DNA from: a virus
IMG/VR virus record: IMGVR_UViG_3300043409_002246
Coordinates: 11,415 to 75,414 of that record
DNA: 64,000 nucleotides
Reading direction: 5' to 3' (one strand)
Under the pieces are notes generated by a model. The model ran no database searches and was not told the DNA's origin. It saw only the letters and a program-made list of their open reading frames with translations. The translations under genes were made by a program, and so were the position numbers. Positions 1-8,858 of this stretch are shown here, piece by piece (position 1 is the first letter of the stretch; every line of letters begins with the position of its first letter).

Positions 1-47
1 CTCGCCCTGAATGCCCCGGCCAAGCCGGCGCTTGCCCTCCCCGAATC

Positions 48-818
48 GTGAGACGCACCTACACCCTCGGCCAGCGTGCCGTTGACCTCAGTCTGTTTTT
101 CCACGGTCACTACGGGAAGCACTGGCGCAGGCGTCTGGTTGCCCTCGGCTTGCTCGCGAACGATCATCCCACCTTCCTGCCTACTTGGCGGCGCCCGGGC
201 GATCCTAGGCCCGCCCTTGGCCCGTTGGCGCTTGTGTCACTGATAAGGCTAGACGAGCACGCCAAGAGCCTCGGATTTGCTGGCGTTATGAGCCATTGTG
301 GCACACGAGCGAAAGTGGCTAGAATTGCTCAGGGTGGTCAAAAAGCTACACCTTCCGATACTCAGGTAACTCGATTGGATCACTTTAGATTCGTCACTTG
401 TCATCCATCTCTGGTCACTGGTCGCTGTGCCTCGTTGACAGGCAACACGTTAGGAGGGATAGGGATACTGCATCCCCATCCCGGACCTGCGGGAGGGCCT
501 CCGGTGACGCAGGAATCGTGCCAAAAACGGGGTGGGGGACGGGGGGGCGATCCGGGGGGCCGTATTTCGCTCAAGGCTCGCCGCGCGGCCATAACCCTCT
601 ATCGTGACCTCACTTGTGAAGAACGGAGGATCAGGCGGGAAGAGTTGTGGCCGGCTGTCAACTACCTGAAGCTGACCGAGACGTGTGCCAAAATGGCTCA
701 GTTGCGCCAAACTGTCACAGTGACTAAGATCGTCCCGGACGTGAGATTCATCACCCTCGTCGTGCCGCCGCCTGAGCTTTGGGCGACGTGGGCGCAGTTG
801 CACCTGACCGAAAAGTGA
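48..818 (+). CDS. hypothetical ORF; true coding extent uncertain (crosses a G-rich, probably non-coding stretch)
   Basis: Open frame from the ORF track; no recognisable motif. Only the 5' or 3' part may be genuine. Confidence 0.25.
   Translation: MRRTYTLGQRAVDLSLFFHGHYGKHWRRRLVALGLLANDHPTFLPTWRRPGDPRPALGPLALVSLIRLDEHAKSLGFAGVMSHCGTRAKVARIAQGGQKATPSDTQVTRLDHFRFVTCHPSLVTGRCASLTGNTLGGIGILHPHPGPAGGPPVTQESCQKRGGGRGGDPGGRISLKARRAAITLYRDLTCEERRIRREELWPAVNYLKLTETCAKMAQLRQTVTVTKIVPDVRFITLVVPPPELWATWAQLHLTEK
529..559 (+). other. four-G-tract element (G4-T-G5-AC-G7-CGATCC-G6); potential G-quadruplex or packaging-initiation region
   Basis: G tracts seen directly; position ahead of the packaging module. 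Function inferred. Confidence 0.4.
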
Positions 819-828
819 GCCCGAATTT

Positions 829-1593
829 ATGACCGAATCATCTACCGTTAAGTATGCTGACCTCCGCAAGGAAGGCGGCGAAATGGAGACTCTGAAACTG
901 CCGGCATACGTGGCCTGCACCCGGCGGCGCCCGGCGCTCGTGGAGCCCTTTTTGGCCGGCATCCATCCGCACGTTCTCTACTACGGGCCGGACGATACCT
1001 ACCCTCCGGAGGACTTCAAACTGTCGCCTCAGTGGGCCGAACTGCAACGCTGTTTGGTGGGGCAGTTCCGGGCTTGGAACAACCATGTCGAGATGGCCAA
1101 GCTGTTCCTCAAGACCGACGCCCCCGTCGGGCTGTTCATGGAAGACGACGCGGTCCCCATCGTAGATAACTGGTCAAATATCGTAAACGCTTGTCTCTCG
1201 TTACTTACCACTTACGACGTGTTCGGCCTCTTCGCCGACCCGATGAAGCTCGATGGCGCCAAGACTCCGTTCACCTACGAAACGCAGTCGGTCTTTTGTC
1301 GCCGGCGGATTGTCACGGTTCGCCCGTGCTGGGGCAGACCGATCATGGTGTGGGGCTGTCAGGCTTACCTGATGACGAGGCGCGTCGCGGAGAAGCTGGT
1401 GCGGCGCGAATACGACGGCCAGCCGATTGACGCGTATCTCCCGAACTTTGGCAGTTTTGCTTTTCTCGATCCGAGTCCGTTTGTTCACGACCGATCACAG
1501 GGCAGCATGATTGATCCGCACGTCGGGAATTTCGCGCAGAAAGAAAACGCAAAAAAGCCGTTGACAAACATATCGCGGATGGGCATCTTGTAG
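829..1593 (+). CDS. glycosyltransferase family 25-like protein (paralog 1)
   Basis: GLFMEDDAVP, GCQAYLMTRRVAEKL and PIDAYL match GT25 motifs; C-terminal HDRSQGS shared with paralogs. Confidence 0.75.
   Translation: MTESSTVKYADLRKEGGEMETLKLPAYVACTRRRPALVEPFLAGIHPHVLYYGPDDTYPPEDFKLSPQWAELQRCLVGQFRAWNNHVEMAKLFLKTDAPVGLFMEDDAVPIVDNWSNIVNACLSLLTTYDVFGLFADPMKLDGAKTPFTYETQSVFCRRRIVTVRPCWGRPIMVWGCQAYLMTRRVAEKLVRREYDGQPIDAYLPNFGSFAFLDPSPFVHDRSQGSMIDPHVGNFAQKENAKKPLTNISRMGIL
1561..1589 (+). promoter_or_regulatory. class A promoter TTGACA-N17-CATCTT
   Basis: Exact motif with 17-nt spacer, repeated across the genome. Confidence 0.75.
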
Positions 1594-1597
1594 TTGT

Positions 1598-1708
1598 AAG
1601 CGTCGTGTGCGGTAGATAAAAAATTCGCACCCCGAGAGTCTGGCTGAAACCGGACTTAACCGAATAGTTTGCGGAGCACCCGCACCGGGACGAACACACG
1701 ACGCGCTT
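1598..1708 (+). ncRNA. putative structured RNA or 5' leader (multi-branch)
   Basis: GCGTCGTGTG (1600-1609) pairs perfectly with CACACGACGC (1695-1704) and encloses further hairpins; begins right after the promoter. Confidence 0.5.
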
Positions 1709-1723
1709 TGGTTGCCGCCCCTT

Positions 1724-2098
1724 ATGAAACTATACATCGCCGCACAGGATCAGCACGCCGCTCGCGAAGCGTCACAGTCCCTCCGCATTGAGGGGCACGT
1801 AATCACCGCGCGCTGGCTCCACGCTGAGTTCATGTCAACGGAGTTTTACTCCGAGGCCGAGCGCATTCAAATCGCCTTCGATGACGTGCGCGACGTGGTG
1901 CGCGCCGATGCGCTGGTGCTTTTGGAGCCGAGTCCGTTGGAGAAGGTGCCCGGCGGGAAGTTTGTGGAAGTCGGCGTCGCCCTCGGGTTGAACAAACGCG
2001 TTTACGTGGTCGGGCCGCGCGCGAACATGCTGATGTGGCACCCGCTCGTAACCTGCGTGGCGAACCTCTCCGAACTCTGCAACGAACTGCGCGACTGA
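1724..2098 (+). CDS. nucleoside 2-deoxyribosyltransferase / nucleotide N-glycosidase family protein
   Basis: MKLYIAA start, D-x-x-D-V-x-x-AD-ALV, GKFVEVGVALGLNKRVYVVG typical of the NDT/DNPH1/MilB fold. Confidence 0.7.
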   Translation: MKLYIAAQDQHAAREASQSLRIEGHVITARWLHAEFMSTEFYSEAERIQIAFDDVRDVVRADALVLLEPSPLEKVPGGKFVEVGVALGLNKRVYVVGPRANMLMWHPLVTCVANLSELCNELRD

Positions 2099-2868
2099 TG
2101 AACTGGTGCCTTACACATGGACGGGAAGCGACCGGGGACAACCGCTGCGATCCGTCCCTCGGCGGCATTATGATGCCGTGCCAGACGGTGATGGTCCCCC
2201 CGATCTACGTTTTTGGATGCGTTCGCCGGCCTCCGTTGGCGATGCCGCCGCTGGTTGCCGCCGGCCTCAACCCCACGCTGCACGTCGGCACCGACTACAA
2301 CCCGCCGCGCGGCACCACGTTTAAGCCGCCATACAACCGGGCGCTCGATCACAAGCTGACGGCGCATTACCGGGTGTTCCTCGGACACCGCGACATGGCG
2401 TATCGTTTTTTATGCGAGCATCCGGAGGCGCCGTATGCGCTGATGATGGAAGACGACGGAGTTCCGAACTGCGCGGACTTTGTTTCCGTCATCGCTGACT
2501 CTCTCAACTACGCGATTCGGAACAATCTTCCGACGCTCTGTTTACACGCGCGCTCCATCCGCCCTCAGCTATTCACCCCGTCCGGCCATCTCCCCAACCG
2601 CATCGTGTTCAAGCTCAGGCCGCAAACGCGCCGCACTCCGAACGCAATGGGCGGCACTCACCATCTTTACGGGTTCACGCTGGCCTACCTGATCTCGCGC
2701 GCCGTCGCGAACTCATTTACCGAGGGGCCGGCATGGACTGGAATACCGGTTGACTGCCACCTGCCGGACACTTATGGAACCGAGCTTTTACAGCCAAGTC
2801 CGTTCAACCACGACCGCTCGCAAGGTTCACTGGTTGACGGCAAATACCGCAAGCCGAAACATGTCTGA
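2098..2868 (+). CDS. glycosyltransferase family 25-like protein (paralog 2)
   Basis: ALMMEDDGVP, LAYLISRAVA, PVDCHLP, HDRSQGS; start overlaps the upstream stop (TGATG); alternative start at 2170. Confidence 0.7.
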   Translation: MNWCLTHGREATGDNRCDPSLGGIMMPCQTVMVPPIYVFGCVRRPPLAMPPLVAAGLNPTLHVGTDYNPPRGTTFKPPYNRALDHKLTAHYRVFLGHRDMAYRFLCEHPEAPYALMMEDDGVPNCADFVSVIADSLNYAIRNNLPTLCLHARSIRPQLFTPSGHLPNRIVFKLRPQTRRTPNAMGGTHHLYGFTLAYLISRAVANSFTEGPAWTGIPVDCHLPDTYGTELLQPSPFNHDRSQGSLVDGKYRKPKHV

Positions 2869-3562
2869 GAACCACAACGTTAAATATCCGCGCCGCGCGC
2901 CGGTTGTCCCCTTGGTGCCGCCGGTGTATGTGCTCGGCCACGCCAGCCGCTCGGGCCGGGTGTTGCCGCACCTGAGCCGGCTCAGTCATACTCTGGTCAT
3001 CAACCCCGACTGGCCGCTGGGGAACATCACCATGCACCCGACCTACGCGGGCCGGTGTCCGTTGAATCACTACCGGGTGTTCCGGGGCTGGCAGACGATG
3101 GCGGATAAATTCCTCGTGGCCAACGCAAACCCCGTGGGATTGTTTTTTGAAGACGACGCGGTTCCGAATTGCCCCGACTGGACGCGCCGGATCAACTTGC
3201 TCGCTCACTGGATGGAGGGAAAATACGACCTGATGTATCTCTGCGGCAGGTGTTTTAATCCGAAGCGTTTCGACTTGGTTGCCACGGTGCTGCAAACCCC
3301 GGTGTATTCCCTCAAGGTTGATGCGGCTGGAAGCACCGACGATTTTGGTGGGATGAATCATGTCTTCGGCTGCTGTGCGGCGCTCATGTCGCGCGACGGG
3401 GCCTGCAAAATGGCGACGGCTCGCTGGACCGGCGTCCCGGGCGACGTTTACTTCCCGGACCACTCTCGGTTCTGCTTCGTCGGCGCGACCGACTCCATGT
3501 TCATCCACGACCACTCGCAAGGATCGCTCATTGACCCGAGCGTGTCAGCGACCTATCTATGA
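2861..3562 (+). CDS. glycosyltransferase family 25-like protein (paralog 3)
   Basis: GLFFEDDAVP, ALMSRDGA, HDHSQGSLID. Confidence 0.7.
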   Translation: MSENHNVKYPRRAPVVPLVPPVYVLGHASRSGRVLPHLSRLSHTLVINPDWPLGNITMHPTYAGRCPLNHYRVFRGWQTMADKFLVANANPVGLFFEDDAVPNCPDWTRRINLLAHWMEGKYDLMYLCGRCFNPKRFDLVATVLQTPVYSLKVDAAGSTDDFGGMNHVFGCCAALMSRDGACKMATARWTGVPGDVYFPDHSRFCFVGATDSMFIHDHSQGSLIDPSVSATYL

Positions 3563-4005
3563 AGAATTGCTCAAAGTGCAGGGAGCCTAAACCGTCTGAG
3601 GATTTCGCGGGGCACGTTAGCGGTAAGGACGGGAAACGGGCTGCCTGCAAGGAATGTGTTAAGCTCATGCAGCAGGACTGGAACCGGAGAAATCCCGGGA
3701 GGAACTCGGCTAGAGCCGTGGCGTGGAATAAGGCTAACCCTACAAAATTCAAAAGTGCTCAACTCAAATATACCTACGGGATTACCTTGGATGATTTTTT
3801 GAGGTTGGAGATTGCTCAGGAAGGTAAGTGTAGGGTTTGTGGGGGGTTGCCTCACCCCGGTAAGGCCCTCTGTGTGGATCACGACCACGTGAGCGGTAGG
3901 ATGAGGGCGCTGTTGTGTCATTCGTGCAACGTCTCGTTGGGATTGATGCGGGATAGTCCGGTTCTGCTGCGTAGGGCGGCTGACTACTTGGAGGATTTTC
4001 AATGA
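3559..4005 (+). CDS. endonuclease VII-like (His-Me finger) nuclease, possibly homing
   Basis: CxxC..CKEC, YGITLDDF, CRVC, VDHDH-x-SG-x-x-RALLCHSCN, ADYL. Confidence 0.85.
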   Translation: MKNCSKCREPKPSEDFAGHVSGKDGKRAACKECVKLMQQDWNRRNPGRNSARAVAWNKANPTKFKSAQLKYTYGITLDDFLRLEIAQEGKCRVCGGLPHPGKALCVDHDHVSGRMRALLCHSCNVSLGLMRDSPVLLRRAADYLEDFQ

Positions 4006-4697
4006 GGGTCTATACCTTTTATGAACCGATCAATGCGGAGACTCCCGGCACCATGCAGGTGTGGAAGGAGAGTTGGGCGCATCATGGCTGGGAGCCGGTA
4101 GTTCTCGGCGTGGAAGATTTCAAGCAGCACCCTGCGTGGGAGTTTTACGACGCGGCCACGGACAAGCTGCCGACCTTCAACAACCGGATTTACGAGCGCG
4201 CGTGCTACCGGCGCTGGATGGCTATGGGCCCCGTCGGCGGCGGGCTGATGACGGACTACGACGTGCTCAACCGGGGATTCATTCCATCCGATTTGAACAA
4301 CCTTGACCTCTCCGAGCTTTCGATCATGTGCGAGGACCGGGTGCCGTGTGTGGTGTTCGGCACCGGGCACCAGTATCTCCGGGCGGCGCTGGAATTCGCC
4401 CGCTACGTGCCGGATGAACGCGATGTTTATCGTGGCCACGATGCCGACCCCTACAAGGGGAACAACGGCAAGCAGTTGGTGGAAGACATGACGATTCTCC
4501 GCCGGCATACCTCCGACATGAACATCGTCGGCAGAGCCGAGCCGCACCCGTGGTTCGTGGAGCGATACGTCTGCTGTGATTACCGGCATTACCTGAACAA
4601 TCCCAAGGGCTACGCGCGGACGCCGCTGGTCCACTTCAGCGCCTACGGAACGCACGGGCTCAACCGGACTGCGGTCATGCGGAAGATGATGAAATGA
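4002..4697 (+). CDS. GT-A fold nucleotide-sugar transferase-like protein
   Basis: WKESW..GWEPVVL, CYRRW, GGGLMTDYDV (DxD motif). Confidence 0.6.
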   Translation: MRVYTFYEPINAETPGTMQVWKESWAHHGWEPVVLGVEDFKQHPAWEFYDAATDKLPTFNNRIYERACYRRWMAMGPVGGGLMTDYDVLNRGFIPSDLNNLDLSELSIMCEDRVPCVVFGTGHQYLRAALEFARYVPDERDVYRGHDADPYKGNNGKQLVEDMTILRRHTSDMNIVGRAEPHPWFVERYVCCDYRHYLNNPKGYARTPLVHFSAYGTHGLNRTAVMRKMMK

Positions 4698-6571
4698 ACC
4701 GGGACGAACTCATTGAAGAGGTAGCCAAGTGCCTGCACTCCGACCAACGGTTGCAGGCGGGGAAGCTCGTCGCTACTTTTTCCGGCATCAACCCGGACTC
4801 CGTTGACGATGACACCAAGGCTATCGAGTATTGCAACTCGCTGCTCTATTGGTGCCTGAACAATAACCGCTACCCGGACGCCGCCAAAATCCTATGGACG
4901 CCGAACTACTTCACCTTCGAGCCCCGGTCAACCAAGCTGATTTGGCAGACCATCCCCAAGTCGAACTCCCTGATGCTGATGGGGGCTGCGTCTATGTCGA
5001 AGTCCTACTCCGCCGGTGTGTGGCTGTTCCTCGACTGGCTGCGCGACCCGGAATTCACGTCTGTCAATGTGGTCGGACCTTCCGAGAATCACCTGAAAGA
5101 CAATCTATTTACGCACTTGGTTACGCTGCACAACAACGCTTCGCTGCCGCTGCCGGGGTTGATTGGCGATCTGTTTATTGGCTTAGACCCCCGCTCAAGA
5201 AAGGGCTCAATCATTGGCGTCGTGATTCCGCTCGGGAGCAGACCATCCGGGCGGTTGCAGGGCCGCAAGCGGGTGCCGCGTCGGGTGCCGCATCCGATCT
5301 TCGGCAAGCTGTCGCGGATTCGGTTCATGCTCGACGAAGTTGAGAAGATTCCGCTCGGTGTCTGGAAAGACGTGGACAACATTTTCGGTAACTTGGACGA
5401 AGACATAGACGGGTTCAAGATCATCTGCGCGTTCAACCCCGAGGACGCCGCCGGGCCCGTGGCTCAACGCTGCGAGCCGGGGAAGGGCTGGGAAAATTTC
5501 GACAAGGAGACTGATGAAGAGTGGATTTCTAAACGAAAATGGAACGTGCTCCGCCTCGACGCCGCGAAATGCGAAAATGTCCTGCAAGATAGGGTGCTCT
5601 ACCCCGGGCTGCAAACGCGCGTCGGCTACGACCGGATTATTCAAAATTCTGGCGGGATGGACAGCCCGGGCGCGCAGACTATGGCGCGCGGATGTTTCCC
5701 CTCCCAAGGCGCGATCTATTCGGTGGTCCCGGCGTCGCTTGTATTGAGGATGCGCGGGGAGTTTCTGTTCGCGGAAGAGCCGATCAACGTGGGCGCCGCC
5801 GACTTGGCGCTCGAAGGCCGCGATACCGCTGAGTTCGCCGCCGGACGGTTCGGTCGCGCGGTCGGCATCAAGTATCAACCCACCTTCGACAACCCGAACG
5901 GGCGCGAGGTCATGTTCAAGGACAAGCTCGGCGCGCGGCGCTTCCGCTGGGCGCTGCAAGTGGATCAGATTTTCTCGCTGCCCAAGGGCGACACGGTGAA
6001 AATGGCGGAGGCGGTGCGCGACGCCGCTGTCAAGCTGACGATCAAGCCGGGCAACCTGATGCTGGATCGCACGGGCAACGGCGCCGGGGTCCACGACTTT
6101 TTGAAGTCGCTTTGGTCGGAGGAAGTCCGGGGCGTCAACTACCAACAGTCGGCCACGGAGCGAAAGATTTTGGAGGAAGACACGGAGACGGCCAAGGAGC
6201 AATATGTTCGCGCGGTGTCCGAGCTTTGGTTCGCCCTCAAATCGTGGTCGGAGTTTGATTTTCTGAAGATTAAGCCAGTAGCACTATCCGAGGAATTGGC
6301 ACTTGAACTCGGCGGGCGTCGTTACGCCACCGGCAAGAACAACAAAGTCGAGAGCAAGGACGAATACGCCTCGCGCGGGAACAAGTCGCCAAACAAGGCG
6401 GACGCGCTGACGCTGCTACTCCACGGAGTTCGCATCGCCACGGGTTGCATACCATCTTCCAAAGATGACTTGGCAGGTATCACTGGGTCCTTGTCACGGG
6501 AAGCTGATGACGCGGTGCCGGTCTTTGAAAGCCGGGGAGAAGCCTTCGATTACTTGGACAACTATTTATGA
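4694..6571 (+). CDS. terL: terminase large subunit
   Basis: Deviant Walker A GAASMSKS, Walker B FMLDE, AFNP, RNase-H-like ADLALEGRD, LDRTGNGAGV, ESKDE..KSPNKADAL. Confidence 0.85.
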   Translation: MNRDELIEEVAKCLHSDQRLQAGKLVATFSGINPDSVDDDTKAIEYCNSLLYWCLNNNRYPDAAKILWTPNYFTFEPRSTKLIWQTIPKSNSLMLMGAASMSKSYSAGVWLFLDWLRDPEFTSVNVVGPSENHLKDNLFTHLVTLHNNASLPLPGLIGDLFIGLDPRSRKGSIIGVVIPLGSRPSGRLQGRKRVPRRVPHPIFGKLSRIRFMLDEVEKIPLGVWKDVDNIFGNLDEDIDGFKIICAFNPEDAAGPVAQRCEPGKGWENFDKETDEEWISKRKWNVLRLDAAKCENVLQDRVLYPGLQTRVGYDRIIQNSGGMDSPGAQTMARGCFPSQGAIYSVVPASLVLRMRGEFLFAEEPINVGAADLALEGRDTAEFAAGRFGRAVGIKYQPTFDNPNGREVMFKDKLGARRFRWALQVDQIFSLPKGDTVKMAEAVRDAAVKLTIKPGNLMLDRTGNGAGVHDFLKSLWSEEVRGVNYQQSATERKILEEDTETAKEQYVRAVSELWFALKSWSEFDFLKIKPVALSEELALELGGRRYATGKNNKVESKDEYASRGNKSPNKADALTLLLHGVRIATGCIPSSKDDLAGITGSLSREADDAVPVFESRGEAFDYLDNYL

Positions 6572-7143
6572 AAGAACAAACCAAACTGAAAATCAAACCC
6601 GACTTGTATCCCCTGAGCGGATACAGTTACTCCGACCCGGACGGCGTGAAGCATCTGGCGAAAGATTTGCGCGGACTCGTCAAGTCGGTATCTGCCTACC
6701 GGGTCCGCGTGGGCCGACCGCTCGGCGATCCGGAGCAGGACATTCTGAAACAGCTATGCGCGCGTCAGCCGAAGCTCTGCACCGAATACGTGCCGGCGCA
6801 CGACTCGGGCGCGCTCACCCGCGTCGTCGCCTCGAACGCAGCGTTCGTTTTCAGCCAGAAGACTTTTGAGAAGGTGACGGCGGCGGAGGCGAGCCTGCGC
6901 GCGGAGACTTGTTTGCGGTGCCGGTCGAACGTAAGCTGGGGCGCCGATTGTCCGCCCTGCCTGAAGAACGCCGACGACATGATCTCGAAGATGCTGGAAA
7001 AGCTGCCCAAGAACAAGGCGCTGAAGAACCGGGCCTGCCTGCACGCGCTCGACGATTTGCAACTCGCGGTCTGGAAGACGGAGGGCAAGCCGGTGTTGAA
7101 CCCGCCCCCGGGCTCGAACTGCTGGCGGGAAATGCTGCCATGA
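6568..7143 (+). CDS. hypothetical Cys-rich protein
   Basis: Overlapping start/stop with both neighbours; CxxC pairs. Confidence 0.6.
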   Translation: MKEQTKLKIKPDLYPLSGYSYSDPDGVKHLAKDLRGLVKSVSAYRVRVGRPLGDPEQDILKQLCARQPKLCTEYVPAHDSGALTRVVASNAAFVFSQKTFEKVTAAEASLRAETCLRCRSNVSWGADCPPCLKNADDMISKMLEKLPKNKALKNRACLHALDDLQLAVWKTEGKPVLNPPPGSNCWREMLP

Positions 7144-7847
7144 TTGATGTCGTATATGTCCTCGGCACGGGGAGCGCGCACGCCGACGTGGAGCTTCTTC
7201 ACTCCATGCGGAGTGTGAAGAAACACCTGCACAACGTCCGCGCCATCGTGGTCGTCGGCTCGATCCCGAGATGCGGTGATCTGCCCGGGCACGAGTTCAT
7301 TCACTTGGAAGACCCGAGCAAGTGCAGCCAGTTCAACTCGATGCACAAGACGCTGACGGCGGCGCAGACGCCCGGCATCACGGATGAATTTCTGCTGATG
7401 AACGACGATTTTTTCTTCACTGCCGATACCGATGCGGAAACCTTTCCGCATTACTCGATGGGCGGCTTGGAGCCGCATATCAAGTGGCGCGAGGACCATC
7501 CCTCGGCCTACGGGCGCAGTCTGAAGGAAACTTTTCGCCAACTGAAGGAGCGCGGACAAACGCTGATTGACTTCGAGATTCATGCGCCGATTCGCTACAC
7601 CAAGCGCGGTCTGCTGCGGACGGTGAGTGAATTTGATTGGAGCCCTGAGATAAAGCCGCTGCTGCGGTCCCTCTACGGCAACCTGCTGAAGGTGACTGAA
7701 GTCCGCAAGGGTGATTGCAAGATGGCGGAGCCGAACACGCGGGAGAACATCGAGCGCCGGCTGATTGGCCGCAACTATTTTTCAATCGGCGATGGTGCGC
7801 TGGCCGGCGGCGATGTGCTGGCCTTCCTGAAGGAGAAATTTCCATGA
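7140..7847 (+). CDS. Stealth-family-like sugar-phosphate transferase (paralog 1)
   Basis: IDVVY (CR1), ELLHSMRSV and FLLMNDDFF (CR2), HAPI. Confidence 0.7.
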   Translation: MIDVVYVLGTGSAHADVELLHSMRSVKKHLHNVRAIVVVGSIPRCGDLPGHEFIHLEDPSKCSQFNSMHKTLTAAQTPGITDEFLLMNDDFFFTADTDAETFPHYSMGGLEPHIKWREDHPSAYGRSLKETFRQLKERGQTLIDFEIHAPIRYTKRGLLRTVSEFDWSPEIKPLLRSLYGNLLKVTEVRKGDCKMAEPNTRENIERRLIGRNYFSIGDGALAGGDVLAFLKEKFP

Positions 7848-8563
7848 TTGACGCCGTCTATGTTCTTGGACCGAGCAGCGTGCGCGGCGATTTGGAACTG
7901 GCCGCGTCCATGTGGAGTCTGGTGAAGCACGTCCGCAACGTCCGCAACATCGTAGTGTTCGGCGAAACGCCGCGCCCGCAGAAGTATCCGAAATTCAAAC
8001 TCCGCCCGGTGGAACCCTTCGGGCGCGACAAGCAACACCGGGTGCAGACGAACCTGCGCGCGGCGATGGCTTCCGACGAACTCACGGAGGAAATCCTGCT
8101 GATGAACGATGACCATTTCTTCGTCCGTGACGTGGACGCGACGAGCTATCCGTTCTACTCCGCCGGCCCGCTCGAACCACATGTCCGCTGGCGGATGGAG
8201 AACGACCGCTCGAACTATTCCTGCGCGCTCGAAGGCTCCTACCGGCAGTTGCTCAAGGCGGGGCTTCCGACCTTCGACTACGAGACGCACTCGCCAATCC
8301 GCTACGAGCGGCAGAAGATGCGCGCGACCTTCGAGAAATTCAAATTCGATCTCCGGGTGCCGCCGGTCTTCAAGTCGCTCTACTCAAATCACCACGGGGT
8401 CACGCCGACGATCCAGCCCGGGTGCAAAATCAGCACAAACGTTTCCCCGGGCGAACTCGCGGCCATGCTGGGTGATCGCGACTGCTTTTCTATCGGTGAC
8501 GACGCCCTGAACTACAACTGCACGACGATGCTGAATCTGCTGAAAGGTTACATACCATGTTGA
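7844..8563 (+). CDS. Stealth-family-like sugar-phosphate transferase (paralog 2)
   Basis: IDAVY, ELAASMWSL, ILLMNDDHFF, HSPIRY; collinear with the previous gene. Confidence 0.7.
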   Translation: MIDAVYVLGPSSVRGDLELAASMWSLVKHVRNVRNIVVFGETPRPQKYPKFKLRPVEPFGRDKQHRVQTNLRAAMASDELTEEILLMNDDHFFVRDVDATSYPFYSAGPLEPHVRWRMENDRSNYSCALEGSYRQLLKAGLPTFDYETHSPIRYERQKMRATFEKFKFDLRVPPVFKSLYSNHHGVTPTIQPGCKISTNVSPGELAAMLGDRDCFSIGDDALNYNCTTMLNLLKGYIPC

Positions 8564-8817
8564 TCCCGAAATTCCATACCGTATTCCATGCCGTCCGCCG
8601 GATGGTGAAGGCCGTGCTGACTGGCAAGCGTTTGTTCGTAACTTGGGAAACCGGCCAGCGCCGGGCGCACACCTGTCGCACCCGCTGCGGCTACTACGAC
8701 GGGCACAGCGATCAATGCAGCCGGTGCGCCTGTTTCGTGGGGGTGAAAGCGCAGTTTGCCACGGAGCGTTGCCCCTTCGGGCGATGGCACCGGGATTGGG
8801 TGAACACCCGGGAGTAG
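8557..8817 (+). CDS. small Cys-rich zinc-binding protein (DUF6171-like)
   Basis: CxxxC..CxxCxCF-x-x-x-K..CP-x-G-x-W pattern. Confidence 0.6.
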   Translation: MLIPKFHTVFHAVRRMVKAVLTGKRLFVTWETGQRRAHTCRTRCGYYDGHSDQCSRCACFVGVKAQFATERCPFGRWHRDWVNTRE

Positions 8818-8824
8818 ATTCCAG

Positions 8825-8853
8825 TTGACAAAGCCGGTAAAAATACGCATTTA
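8825..8853 (+). promoter_or_regulatory. class A promoter TTGACA-N17-CATTTA (portal; essentially leaderless)
   Basis: Motif lies 5 nt before the GTG at 8859. Confidence 0.7.
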
Positions 8854-8858
8854 AGTGT

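Noticed and set aside
435-463. Other TTGACA hexamers as promoters (also near 44779 and 58838 on the minus strand)
   Set aside because: No matching -10 box at a 16-18 nt spacing.
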